63,912 bases of DNA, filler included, from Octopus bimaculoides (GCF_001194135.2; 8 parts of 8 records of this genome joined end to end with filler, not necessarily neighbours in it), one strand, 5' to 3'; positions 41,338 to 55,049 are shown, numbered from the whole stretch's first letter. The notes: generated from the sequence alone by a model not told the origin. Made by a program: numbers and translations.

Positions 41338-41401
41338 AACTGTGTATCGACCGATTTCGCGATTACTAGAATGAATCTAGATTTCGTTCATCAGCACAGT
41401 T
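41338..41401 (-). ncRNA. Type I hammerhead ribozyme with a mismatched first stem II pair
   Basis: Minus strand: aactgtg-CTGATGA-acga..ctaga ttcat tctag..tcgc-GAAA-tcggtcg-ATA-cacagtt; 7-bp stem I; A-C mismatch at 10.1/11.1. Confidence 0.65.
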
Positions 41402-41688
41402 TTCTGTAATAATGCCCTTTATATAAATATAAACGAATAATTATATTCTTGGGAATAGAAATTTCCCTTATGAATTTTTTTACACACTGGCTTCTTGATA
41501 AAATTCTTGTAAAAGAGTTTTATCCCTTTTTGAATTTATATACATATACATATACATTTATATATACATACATATATATGTACATACACACACATATACA
41601 CACACATATGCACTACTGTCTGCAAGTCGTTGAGTACCGCATATTCTCCTCCATTTTCTAATTGCTATATGTGTGTGTGTGTGTGTGT

Positions 41689-41726
<38 letters not shown>

Positions 41727-41747
41727 ACATATATATGTATTCTTTTA

Positions 41748-41950
41748 TTCTTTTGTTTCAGTCATTTGACTGCGGCCATGCTGGAGCACCGCCTTTAGTC
41801 GAACAAATCAACCCCAGGAATTATTCATTGTAAGCGTAGTACTTATTCTATCGGGTAATTTAGCCGAACCGCTAAGTTACGGGGATGTAAACTCACCAAC
41901 AGTTGTTAAGCGATGGTGGGTGAGGGTAGACAAACACAGACACACAAACA

Positions 41951-42006
<56 letters not shown>

Positions 42007-42168
42007 AAGGACGGGGTTCTCTCAGTTTCTGTCTACCAAATCCACTCACAAGGCTTTGGTCGGCCCGAGGCTATGGTAAAAGACTCTTACCCAACGTTCC
42101 ACGCAGTGGTACTGAACCCGGAACCATGTGGTTGGTAAGCAAGCTACTTACCTCACTGCCACTCCTGT
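41748..42168 (-). mobile_element. tRNA-derived SINE, family A, full length with long (CA)n
   Basis: A-box TGGCAGTGAGG, B-box GGTTCAGTACC on minus; colinear with 3522-3899. Confidence 0.92.
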
Positions 42169-42334
42169 ACGTGTGCATTTGCTTGCGCATGTGTGTTGTG
42201 TGTGGGGGGGNNNNNNNNNNATGTGTGTGGGGTGGGTATGTGTGTGTGTGTGTATGTGTGTGTCTAAGTATATATATTATTGTGAGTGTGAGTCTGTTTA
42301 ATTTGACTTATATTTGTATATGTGTATATGTGTA

Positions 42335-42732
42335 TATTCGGTGAAAGCGACTCGATCTGTGGGCTGCAAAAACTGGATTCTTCACCAAGTTCTCACTCCT
42401 GAGTTTCTCGCTAAGAACAACATGGGTTCGCTTCCGCGCCCACCATATTCACCAGATTTACTACCTGCGGACTTCCATCTTTGTTCCAAGATGAAAATGC
42501 AGCTCAGAGGTCACAGTATTAAAACAGTTTTCGATATCCAGAGCGAATCGCAGGAGGTCCTGGACTTGCTTACGGAAAACGACTTCCAAGTTAGATTACA
42601 AATGTCACAGGAATTCTGGGTATATTGCTGCGCAAGGTGACTATTTTGAAGGCGATGACGTTAAAACTTAGATAAATAATTTAATTTTAATTAAACATAA
42701 TTAGTCAGGGAACCTTTTGATACCACCTCGTA
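42335..42732 (+). mobile_element. Mariner transposon 3' fragment with right TIR
   Basis: LPRPPYSPDLLPADFHLCSKMKMQLRGH...*LFEGD; terminal agtcagggaaccttttgataccacctcg followed by TA. Confidence 0.88.
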
Positions 42733-44121
42733 TATACATATATGCATATACACATTTATGAGTACTATGTGTGTGTCTGTGTATATATATATATTTATAC
42801 ATATATGTGTATGTGTGAGTATGTATGTATTTATACATGCATTTATGTTTGTGTGCGAGTTTGACTGTGCATATACATGTATATAAATTAAACCCACATA
42901 AAACTATATACGAATAACAGTATTACATCTTAGTTTACTTGACATTAAAATGTTACTAAACATTTTAATTCCCATTAATTCACTGAACGTCAAAAACTCA
43001 TAAATATTTATAACAAAAATTTTCTTATGCAAGTTTTTATGTTGATCATGGTTAACCGGACTTATGTTCAGACACATTCCATTTACAATGACAATAGATA
43101 CTTTTCTCATATGCTTCAATCAAAGATATAATTTACTAGTCGAAGAGATCTATGATCAAAGATGCCCCAGTCGTAAGTTTCTGGATTCTTTATACATCTG
43201 GGTTTCCATTTTCTAATGTGACCTTCTGTATTTAAGATGCTAGCATTTTGTGGAGGAGTGGCTGCTTACATCTTCGCGTAATTTAAGCGGGGTCCACCTC
43301 TTTATATCTAGACGTGATTTGAGGGAGATCTGGCTGTTATGTCTAGTGGTAATTTGATGTAGCTGTGACTGTTTATATATATAGACGTAATTTGAGGGAG
43401 GTCTAGCTCTTATAGTTAAGTGTGATTGACGGAGGTATACCTATTATGTTTAATGGTTCAAGTATTCTCATAGTGGTGAGAGACAATGTAGTCATTCCAC
43501 AGAAACCAGAAAAATAAGTGTACATGAATATCGTAAAATCCATTGTCCATATTAACTCAGAGAAAGCAGGTACGGTCAAGGATTTATTGAAGTAAAAATG
43601 GGAGACAACAATCCTTGTAGAACAAGGATTATAATTGATAGGCAAACGGTGTATATTCAGTGCTCTGACAAATTGTTCAGTAGGCCCAGCAGCGATATAA
43701 ACACCGTATGGCAGAGTATAATTAAGAAAGTTTAAGAAAAAACATTGAATCTAAGAATATCAAAAAGAATCACGTCCAAAATTCCTGAATGCCATCGCAG
43801 AGTGATTAACTCACTTTAACTGATGGGGGAAAATTCAGTTACTGGGATATGAGAATCTCGATAGTTTCAACACAAGGAACAAGTGGCATCATCACAAATA
43901 TTAAGATGAATAATTCTGGGATATCTCAGGTGTGAAGAAGTGACACAACAACCTACTCGCGGGATTTGAACAAAGGGCTCGGGTAGAAATCTTGACGATA
44001 CCACAATTCCATAGAGAAAGCTGAAGAGTTTAATGACCGACTATAACCGACTAATATACAGGAATATATCGATGAACAATAATGGTAATTGCACAACACA
44101 CAAATTGAGACGCGCGCGCGC

Positions 44122-44165
<44 letters not shown>

Positions 44166-44924
44166 GTGTGTGTGTGTGCCATTTGTATGAATGTATTTGT
44201 TGTTATATATTTATCTTTTTTCTCCTAAAACCCAATAGTATATGTCTGAATTACTTGGATACTTTCATCTAAAAATTATTCGAATTCCTTTCAGACTATA
44301 ATTGCTGGCAGCAATTTAATCGCTTATTGCAAATATTTAATGGTAATGATATATCAAAGAGTAATATAATTAACCTTTTGATGCCAGACGCAATTGTTTT
44401 TCTATGTTTCGTTATTGAGGTATTTCAATTTAGTCTAAAGGAAATAGTAAAGTTCATAGATTTTACAACACCATACTATACACAGAGATGAGAAACCTTT
44501 CACAATATTATCATTTAATGTAGAGTGTGAACTTTATATAATTCCACTGAACAGATCAGCGAAGATAATAGAGATGAAGAGAATCCATTGCCATCAGTCG
44601 GGTTTTGAAGGAGGATTTTAGCAGACAGTTTACAATAAGAGTAACACACTATATGAAGTCTAAAGTTCCTGTCGGAGAATTTGTTCAGCATATATACATG
44701 TGTGTATATTTGTTTGTTTGTTTGTTTGTTTGTTTGTTTGTGTGTGTGTGTGTGTATACGCGTGCGCGCGCGTGTGTGTATACATATGTAAAAGGATTTT
44801 ATAAGTATATAGAACTTTCGAGAACGTAAAATATTCTCAAAATGAACGACGGAACTCGAAGCAAATAAATCTACAAATAAAAGCGTATAGATATCCAAAG
44901 AGTTTAAAAAGGTATTTACATGTC

Positions 44925-44964
<40 letters not shown>

Positions 44965-44992
44965 CTAAAAAGAATATAGACAGACAGACAGT

Positions 44993-45063
<71 letters not shown>

Positions 45064-45373
45064 NNNNNNNNNNNNNNNNNNNNNNNNNNNNNNNNNNNNN
45101 NNNNNNNNNNNNNNNNNNNNNNNNNNNNNNNNNNNNNNNNNNNNNNNNNNNNNNNNNNNNNNNNNNNNNNNNNNNNNNNNNNNNNNNNNNNNNNNNNNNN
45201 NNNNNNNNNNNNNNNNNNNNNNNNNNNNNNNNNNNNNNNNNNNNNNNNNNNNNNNNNNNNNNNNNNNNNNNNNNNNNNNNNNNNNNNNNNNNNNNNNNNN
45301 NNNNNNNNNNNNNNNNNNNNNNNNNNNNNNNNNNNNNNNNNNNNNNNNNNNNNNNNNNNNNNNNNNNNNNNNN

Positions 45374-45452
<79 letters not shown>

Positions 45453-46189
45453 ATACAATGGGAGATTTTAACAGAGTTTAAAATTACAAAGTAGAAATCA
45501 GACAAAGATGTTTAAACGAACAACTGATCAAATGTTGAAATGGTCCCTTCGATTTCACAGTGTTTTGGGGAGAATCAGATTTTGTGTGTATATATATATG
45601 CTTGTACGGGAAAGGATCTAATTTTTGATTGGTTATAATTTTAATAACGCCTTATTCATTTTGGTGTAGGTTTTTGGTAAAAAAATACAATTTGTTTTGG
45701 CATTAATGTTTTGGTTGATTCCCTGAACATAGGAGCAAGTTTTAATTGGTTGTAGTTTTCGTCACGTCACTTTATTTGTATGCATGCGAATAAGTCTATT
45801 TAAAAATAACTACACGATTTTTAAATTCAGGACCATTTTCAAACCCCAAAACAAAATCTCCTAATATAGTTTTTGAAGTGTAAAGTGGATTCTTTTTCTA
45901 AAATTCATTTTTTTTTTAACTGTTATGATATCTTTTGTGATATTAACTTTTTGGGGGAAGAAGAGTTTTTCCAGTGTGTGATCGCTTTCGTTTTATATAT
46001 GTGTGTATATATAATTTGTTTAACATATTTTCATTCATCAATCTTATAATGTAAATAACAAATAATGCCATGTAAATCTTGGATTCGTTTGTGTGAGACC
46101 AAGGGGCGTGAGTTGAAGATGCGGCAAGAAACAGCACCCCAGCCCTTGCGCCACTCACTAGATACTCCTAACCCTTCAAACTCTATATT

Positions 46190-46615
46190 CTTTTCCATCT
46201 GTATAAATATCGATTGATTTCATCATATAACTCTATGGTCATATGACTCTATCCCGGAAAATCTATTGTCCAGTCAAACTTTTCTCGATATTCTCCATAC
46301 ATTCAAATATATTATGCTATCGATTGTCTTTCTCGTATTCTCCATATTAATATTGATGGACTTTATCACATAACTGTGACTTCTTCACCGAGAACTATTT
46401 TCGAGATAATAAACTCAGTCCACAGAGCCTTTTCAGAATCTTTTCCGTATTCTACGTTATTCTTTGCGTCATTATAAAGCAGTAGCTACTCACTTATTAA
46501 CAAATACTTCCCACCTACATTACAGCCAGCACGAATGCAAAACGCACGATGCTAAAAATCTTTTTCAGCACACAATAAAAGAAGCCCAGAACCAAATTCT
46601 ATTGGTTCTCTCAGA

Positions 46616-46661
<46 letters not shown>

Positions 46662-46850
46662 AGAAATAAGTTTTGTCTCTTTTTATGGAAACAAAAGGGT
46701 TTATAGGACTGCGAAAAAGAAGTGTTCAAAGGTAACTGAGACAGAGATAAAGAAACATTAATCATAGAACAAACATCAAATTCGAGTCAATGACTTTATA
46801 TATAATTCCATACCTCCAAACATTTGATCATATATAAATATTACCATGGT
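46190..46850 (+). mobile_element. Very decayed Penelope-like RT/endonuclease relic
   Basis: Traces resembling RYIDD-FIIW, FLDIL.INIDG, and FPYS across frameshifts; interrupted by (TA)n. Confidence 0.3.
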
Positions 46851-47290
46851 TCTTAAACACAAAAAAATACACATATACAAAAACCAAAGAAGGTAAAAAT
46901 ATATATGCGAATAAAAATAACGGCTTATCAACTAAAAATTCTAATGCGTGTCATGCTACTAGAAATCAAAATAAACTAAAATAAAATAAAATATCAATCG
47001 AATAAAAAAAATTCAATTCGTAAAACCATGCTAGGTTAGAGTTCAGGAACAAAGAGAGTTCCACAAATCAAGTCAAACACACCTATGGCCGTTTCGGGAG
47101 TTCATTGTCGCAGTTCGATTACAGTTAAACTGCATCTCGGCAATGACCCCCCACCCCCTGATCAGGATGAACAGGAAACTCAAACAAAAACAAAAAGTTC
47201 ATTCAACGCCGCATGGCTAATTTAAAGATAATAATCCATCACAGAACCAGTCCAAATTTTCTAACACAATGTACATATATGTATATATAT

Positions 47291-47591
47291 ATCGATTAAG
47301 TAAACAGAAGATGGAATTGGTATAACTCTATATTTAGTACGACGGTCGTTTCGGCTCAGACTGTGACTGTCCTTCGCGGATGGGATGCTGTACATCCATC
47401 TTGCAGTCTGGCTCGCATGAGGTACATTTATACATTAATTAAGACACCACTTTATATATGAATGTACCTGATGTGACCCGGACTGCAAGATGGATGCACA
47501 GCCCGTAAAGGACAGTCAGAGTTTGAGCCGAAACGACCGTCGTACTAAATATAGAGATATACCAATTCCATCTTCTGTTTATTTAATCGAT
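47291..47591. repeat. 300-bp imperfect palindrome made of two inverted hammerhead-bearing repeats
   Basis: 47291-47428 is the reverse complement of 47461-47591 (atcgattaagtaaacagaagatggaattggtata.../...tataccaattccatcttctgtttatttaatcgat), 32-nt spacer. Confidence 0.9.
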
Positions 47592-47796
47592 TTTTATCTC
47601 AACTTACATTGTGGAATTCCAAAAGTAGATCGAAAGAAAATATACCCCAACTGCGGATGACATCAGGTAGCCCAAACTGTGCCAGTGCTTTAATCAACAC
47701 ATCAGCACATTAACTAATGTATACTCATTGGTCCAAAACATTACATATATGTGAGTGTTTGTGTGTGCGTGTGTATGTGTGCGTGCGTGCGTATGT

Positions 47797-47838
<42 letters not shown>

Positions 47839-47839
<1 letters not shown>

Positions 47840-48990
47840 GTGATACTGTCACTCATACTAAGGAGGACACGCAAAATCTTATTAACGCAATTTCAGTGGT
47901 TTGTGAGGCAATTGGCTTAACGATAAACTTAACCAAAACTGTTGTCATGTTTCAGCCAGCACAAGGAATGTCATATATAGAACCTGGTATATTTGCGTAT
48001 GGAAGAAAACTTGCTGTGGTTTCTAAGTTTAGGGAGCACACTAAATACATCAGCGAATCTTAATGATGAAGTGTCACTACGCAATCAGAAAGCCAATGTT
48101 ACTTTTGCCAAACTGGACGACTGCCTATGGTCTAGACATGGTATTTCCACTGCGACAAAGATTAAAGTATACAATACATGTATCTTAACCTCTTTATTGT
48201 ATGCTTGCGAAACCTGGACTGTGTACCATAAGCACTTAAAACTTATGGGACTTTTTCATCAACAATGTCTCAGAAGGATTTTGATGATCAGCTGCAAAAT
48301 GTTTGTGAGAAATAATGAGGTGCTTGAAAGAGGGAAATGCTTCAGTATCGAAGTTTTGCTATTGCAGTACAGATTGAGATGGAATGGGCACTTAGTCAGA
48401 ATGACAGAATACAGAACACCTAAACAGCATTTTTACGGAGAATTGGTGACAGGTAAGCGTCCGTCCCACAAACCAATGATGAGGTACAAAGATTGTCTGA
48501 AACCGAGACTGAACAAGATAAATGTTCCAATTGACAACTGGGAAGATTTAGCGCATTGCCGAGAAAAATGCGAAAAAGTTGTGTATGAAGGCAAAAATGA
48601 ATTGGAAAGGAAGAGAATGGAGCATGCAAAGATTAAAAGAAAGATGAGGAAAAGTGACAAGCATTAATGAACGTAATGATCTTAGATGTGATGAATGTGG
48701 AAAGATTTGCGTTAGTAAGGCTGGGCTAAAGAGCCATATGAAGTCACACATTGCACAAACACACAAATGAAATCACACATTGCACAAGCCCACATTTCAC
48801 AACTGCACACTTCGAATGCATATTGTGTCATAAAGTATGCAAATCAAAAAGTGGCTTGAAAAGGCTTAGTAAAGTTGATGGAGCTGTAAACTATACGATC
48901 ACCAAGTTTTCTTGCACTAGTTGTCAAAAAGCATGCAAGTCTTTGACAGGTCTCAAAAGCTATATTCGTGCAGGTCATCGATGATATTCT
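47839..48990 (+). mobile_element. 5'-truncated RTE (BovB-like) LINE with three C-terminal C2H2-like motifs
   Basis: GLTINLTKTVVM, LGSTL, TKIKVY..ILTSLLYACETW, RLRWNGHLVRM..RTPKQHFYGEL..GKR, then CDECGKICVSKAGLKSHMKSH, CILCHKVCKSKSGLK, CTSCQKACKSLTGLKSYIRAGH. Confidence 0.9.
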
Positions 48991-49753
48991 GGGGCATAAA
49001 GAAATCAATCAGGCAATGGCTCTACTCGAAATCGAGTTGGCAACCATTGTATATATATATATATATATATNNNNNNNNNNNNNNNNNNNNNNNNNNNNNN
49101 NNNNNNNNNNNNNNNNNNNNNNNNNNNNNNNNNNNNNNNNNNNNNNNNNNNNNNNNNNNNNNNNNNNNNNNNNNNNNNNNNNNNNNNNNNNNNNNNNNNN
49201 NNNNNNNNNNNNNNNNNNNNNNNNNNNNNNNNNNNNNNNNNNNNNNNNNNNNNNNNNNNNNNNNNNNNNNNNNNNNNNNNNNNNNNNNNNNNNNNNNNNN
49301 NNNNNNNNNNNNNNNNNNNNNNNNNNNNNNNNNNNNNNNNNNNNNNNNNNNNNNNNNNNNNNNNNNNNNNNNNNNNNNNNNNNNNNNNNNNNNNNNNNNN
49401 NNNNNNNNNNNNNNNNNNNNNNNNNNNNNNNNNNNNNNNNNNNNNNNNNNNNNNNNNNNNNNNNNNNNNNNNNNNNNNNNNNNNNNNNNNNNNNNNNNNN
49501 NNNNNNNNNNNNNNNNNNNNNNNNNNNNNNNNNNNNNNNNNNNNNNNNNNNNNNNNNNNNNNNNNNNNNNNNNNNNNNNNNNNNNNNNNNNNNNNNNNNN
49601 NNNNNNNNNNNNNNNNNNNNNNNNNNNNNNNNNNNNNNNNNNNNNNNNNNNNNNNNNNNNNNNNNNNNNNNNNNNNNNNNNNNNNNNNNNNNNNNNNNNN
49701 NNNNNNNNNNNNNNNNNNNNNNNNNNNNNNNNNNNNNNNNNNNNNNNNNNNNN

Positions 49754-49794
<41 letters not shown>

Positions 49795-51532
49795 ATGTAT
49801 GTATGTATGTATGTATTCTAAGATATCTTTCTAATTCTACTTTCTTCTATACTATGTCCAATATTCACTCCCGTTTTTCATTAATGTACCTCTATGCTAT
49901 ATAGTACTATATAAGAAGCACGTTTTTCTCTGGCGGGATATAATACGTTAGTTTATGATGATTTACAATATTACATCAAATAGGTATTTTTGCATATACG
50001 TTATGTATTCTTTAATTATTTCATTATTTTATAGTTTTGTACAATTCTATTGCCATTTATTTAGGTTAATTACCGTAACTTAATATGATACAACATTAAT
50101 GGTTACTCATATTTATTATCTATCTTTAATTTACTTCCTTCTAAACGTTTATTTACGTAATTAGTCGAATATGAAAATTTACTCTTTACACAAATCCATT
50201 GGATTCTCTCCCTTTCTCCTTCCACATGCAAAGAAAATTTTATTACCATTATTATTAATTTTAAGAATTTTCTGCGGCTCATTACGTCTTCTTTAATTTA
50301 AACTCTTAGTATAGCGTTCATAGCCTCTCTCCCGAAACAGCTACCTGTAAACTAGCGTTCTTGTTTCTAACGGTCATTTAACTTAGCTATATAGTGTTAT
50401 TCCTCGTACGTAATCTTAACATTCAGCACAAGTCTTGCATTTGTAAAATGGTTCCCTGAAGATAAAATTATATGTATAAACCAGCATCTCTTATTCCTTT
50501 GGAGTAGGGTGCATATATTTTTGAAACATGTGTAGGAATTAAAGGAACTTATTGATTATATGCGTTTTGTTCCATTTATTATTATTATTTCATATCAACT
50601 CAAAATACATCACCTTAACATGGAATTTCTACCCTTAACCAGGTATAATATCCCGGTTTCTGCGAGATCTTTGCTACCCTGGTAACTATTAACATATTTG
50701 CATTATCGAAGTTTTTCAACCAAGATAATATTAATATATANNNNNNNNNNNNNNNNNNNNNNNNNNNNNNNNNNNNNNNNNNNNNNNNNNNNNNNNNNNN
50801 NNNNNNNNNNNNNNNNNNNNNNNNNNNNNNNNNNNNNNNNNNNNNNNNNNNNNNNNNNNNNNNNNNNNNNNNNNNNNNNNNNNNNNNNNNNNNNNNNNNN
50901 NNNNNNNNNNNNNNNNNNNNNNNNNNNNNNNNNNNNNNNNNNNNNNNNNNNNNNNNNNNNNNNNNNNNNNNNNNNNNNNNNNNNNNNNNNNNNNNNNNNN
51001 NNNNNNNNNNNNNNNNNNNNNNNNNNNNNNNNNNNNNNNNNNNNNNNNNNNNNNNNNNNNNNNNNNNNNNNNNNNNNNNNNNNNNNNNNNNNNNNNNNNN
51101 NNNNNNNNNNNNNNNNNNNNNNNNNNNNNNNNNNNNNNNNNNNNNNNNNNNNNNNNNNNNNNNNNNNNNNTATATATGCACACTCACACACACACATACA
51201 TATATACATTATATACGCGGTAGGTGCTGAAAAGCATCTGGCTTAGGACAACAGAAAATAGAGGAGGATCAGTTGATTGAGATGCTATTCAACTTATTCC
51301 CCTCTCTGATACACACATTCATTGCAGAAGTCCTTCCGTTTTTCTAAGCCCTCTAAAACATCCCGGAAAGTCGAGCCTCCAACCCGGCCTTTCGTGATAC
51401 TCTTAAAACCAGGAACTTTTCACTATCCCCTCCTGTTTATATGCACACATAAACACGCACAGACACACACATGCACACACACATGCACACACACATGCAC
51501 ACACACACTTGCACACACATGTATACACACAT

Positions 51533-51574
<42 letters not shown>

Positions 51575-51692
51575 GTGTGTGTGTGGGTGACGAAAGATGG
51601 AAGGTGAACTATTCGTTTTATTATCTAATAATGTACATTACACATGAGTGTATCTATTTGTGTGTGCGTGCACCTGCGTGTGTGTGTGTGTG

Positions 51693-51731
<39 letters not shown>

Positions 51732-51814
51732 ACCTGCACCTGCGTACGTGTATGTATGTATAGACGAATGGATGGATGGATTTTTGATTTTTATTTAAAG
51801 TTCAAGTCTGTCGC

Positions 51815-52790
51815 TAACAAATACTTTCTGAGGTTAAGTGAGTTCCAGGACTCGAGCTGGTGTGTTGGTTGACCTGGCGTTGCATGTATAGTTTGTGCAT
51901 CTATTCACACAAGAATTTCAGATGGATGGGTACAAATAAGAATTTATATTCAGGCTACAAGATCTTTTGTAAGTTCCGATTGTACGTTCACATCTGATGG
52001 GCAGCTGATCTCTACAGCAGTGCATAACCTTTCTACCCAGTCCCACAGAACAATATCCAGTCTGTTATCTTTTCACCGAAATGGTGTTTTTAATGTGGTG
52101 TTCCACCAGTATTCCTTGCTTTTAAATGTGCGAATACCTGCTGGTTATGACATGCCTTTAATGTATACGTCAGGGCAATCCTTCGTGCTGATAGTACTGT
52201 AAATAGTCTTTGCTACTATATCATGCCTCACGACAGGTAGAATCTCGTAAACATTTTGAGGCAGCTGATGAGGATGTGAGTGATACCTTCCACACTGGTA
52301 TAGCAAAGTCGACATTTTTAACACAACGTGGAGTCTTGGTGGTATTTTTGGCCCTCTTATTTATCAGGTATTTAGTAGCTATTTCCTGTTCCTGGGCATC
52401 GAAGGCATATCGTTCTAGATGAGATGTAATGTGCTTATCGCAGGTCCAAGAGAGGATACTCTTCCTTTTAATGCAGTTGTTACCCTCTAGCTTTACGAAA
52501 TATGTGCCCATGCATTGCTTTTTGCTCGCATGATAGCTGCTTGTCTCCCAAACTTTTGTTTATGTAGGCCAGTCCAGCCTCCTTTGGGTCGCATGAGACA
52601 GGTGTTTTCTCAGATAACCTGCACAGTAGTTCTCCAACTCTAAGGTTGTTGTCGCTCTCACTTTTGAGTATGCATGGAATGAACTTATTTCAATCTTTAC
52701 TGATCAGCAGGTGCTGTCCCAGTGATGCAATGCGACATTCAAAGGCTGTTTCAACTGACCTTAGGCTTCTACCTCTAACACTTCGTCTCA
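51815..52790 (-). mobile_element. Decayed R4/Dong-like non-LTR retrotransposon 3' part (zinc knuckle and restriction-like endonuclease)
   Basis: HGHIFRK, AQEQEIATKY, RHDIVAKTIY, EYWWN, DNRLDIVLWD, CTAVEISCPSDVN, PEYKFLFVPI across frameshifts. Confidence 0.75.
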
Positions 52791-53160
52791 CATAAATCTT
52801 ATCGGTGTTGCTATTAAACACTTTCGCTCTTTAAGTATGCATGCATGTATGTATGTATGTATGTATGTGTGTGTGTGTGTGTATGTATGTATAACCTAGG
52901 GAATTAATCAAAAGAACAGAGGTGAAAGACCTTATCTTCGTCTCAATAACACATTTTGCGTCGTACCAAGTTAAATATAACAACACAGCGTTGATATTAA
53001 AGATGATAATTATACTAATGTCTTCCCTATCGATTACAACATCGACACTGGTTTCGTTTGACTTTTACCTTTTTCGTTGTTTTTTTACCTAACAACATCT
53101 GTTATTGTCTCTCACCGATTGTCCTGTCGTTTCTGTTCTTTATTCTTTATTTTCTCTCTT

Positions 53161-53195
<35 letters not shown>

Positions 53196-53817
53196 ATCTC
53201 TCTCTTTCTTTATCTCTCTATCTCTCTCTCTCTGTATATATATATATCCCATCTACCCCACCCTATAACGTTTAACTTTATTATCTCCTCCAATAAATTG
53301 CAATAAGATGTGATCTCACAACTTCTGAATATAGCCTGGGACTTTACTTTTTTTACTTTTTACCTTGTATCCTTACCATTATGGAATCACTGACTCTCTG
53401 ATGAAGCTTTGGAGTTCAATTGTTGTATGACCTGTCAACTTTAACATATTGGACCCCCAAAGTAGTAACAGCTGTAAGAGTGGGGTTGTATTTATTTATT
53501 TAGTTATTTATTTATTCCTATTATTATAATTAATAAATCTTACAGTGTTTGTCAATTGAATCTCTTCTCCATTTTCTTCCTTGCCTTATATAATTTCTGG
53601 ATAAACTTTTGTTTACCTCCACTTGTACCTATTATTCAATGGTACTATTGCCTTTCAGCAGTAATTATTTGAATATAAATAGGTATCCCTCCAGTAGTAT
53701 ATTGGATATTTATTAGCCCTTAGAAGGTTGTCTAATCTCTAACTCATATATACTATGTGTGTGCATATATATANNNNNNNNNNNNNNNNNNNNNNNNNNN
53801 NNNNNNNNNNNNNNNNN

Positions 53818-53857
<40 letters not shown>

Positions 53858-53884
53858 GTATATACGTAAGTATGTATGTCAAAG

Positions 53885-54205
53885 AAAATGAATTCCAACC
53901 ACCTTTTTGTGTGCCAATCTGTGACAGACCATGCCTTTCTTTTGCTGGGCTCAAATTTCATTTGTGGACCCTTGTAAAACGAACTTCCACAACGACTATT
54001 CTGCCTATATGTCTGTGCACATCTGTCAATGCCGTGTATGTCATAAGGTCTGCAATTCTTGATGGTCCAAATCAGATATATAATCTATGTGGGTGTCTTT
54101 TCACTACATTGTCTGGTTTGAAAAGCCACATCAGACGCCATGATAGATCTAAGGTGTAGGTACAGGAGGGGGGTCAGACTCTGCATATGGAGTAGACAAC
54201 CACCA
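53885..54205 (+). mobile_element. 3' end of a second RTE (BovB-like) element with multiple zinc-finger motifs
   Basis: FVC-ICDRPCLSFAGLKFHL, CRVCHKVCNS, LCGCLFTTLSGLKSHIRRH*; CHKVC shared with the element at 47839. Confidence 0.65.
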
Positions 54206-54267
54206 TATATGTGTATGTGTGTAGATATGTATGTATGCATGTATGTATCTATTTATGTAGTAATCTA

Positions 54268-54498
54268 TTTCTTTAATGCCCACAGGGGGCTAATCATGTT
54301 GGTGGGCAAACAAGGACAGACAAAGAGATTAAGTAGATTACAACGACCCCAGTTCATAACTGGTACTTATTTAATCGACCCTGAAAGAATAAAAGGCAAA
54401 GTCGACCTCGATGGAATTTGAACTCAGAACGTAATGGCAGGCAAAATACCGCTAAGCATTTCGCCCGGCGTGCTAACGATTTTGCCAGCTCACCGCCC
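54268..54498 (-). mobile_element. SINE family B, full length, tail type 3
   Basis: Head ggcggtgagctggcaaaatcgttagc, B-box GAGTTCAAATTCC; tail gcccacagggggctaa...aaacaaggacagac on plus. Confidence 0.9.
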
Positions 54499-54537
54499 TA
54501 TTTATCAAGTAATCGATCGATTTCTATCTACCTATCA

Positions 54538-54588
<51 letters not shown>

Positions 54589-55049
54589 TATTTACCTATC
54601 TGTATATTTGTATTTCTGTTTATCTGTCTCTGTTCGAGGGGCAACTTCCGATTAATCACCTCATCCTTTATTCTTCAATTACCGTTACCTATATGCATAA
54701 ATGCCCTAAATTCTTACTTTCCTTTTCCACCGCCAGTCAATCGAAAGACTCAAACTAAAATATTCTTTGTCCCAGTATCCATGGGTACGTTCTACTTCTG
54801 TTTGTCTTTCTCAAATAGCTTATTCTCTTCTGTACTTCTGTTGCTATGTCCAAATACTTCAATATTTTTCCGACCTAGATTTTCGAAATGATCATCTATC
54901 TTCGGGTATTTCTTATCCTCCTCACCCATGATGCTGTAAACACACTGCCCCGCAGTTTACACTTCTATTCCTTGTATATTGTCTCCCATCTCGTTTTCAC
55001 TACCTTATTCCCTTTTGTCCATGTCCTTGATATGAAAACATTTCAGGAT

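Noticed and set aside
43403-43740. Minus-strand open frame with faint class A GPCR flavour (RLPINY, YFSGFCGMTTL)
   Set aside because: No DRY-like motif, hydrophobic stretches too short and irregular, no splice signals found; a profile search would settle it.
44540-44920. Possible LINE RT trace (QSGF motif)
   Set aside because: Too decayed to call beyond one motif.
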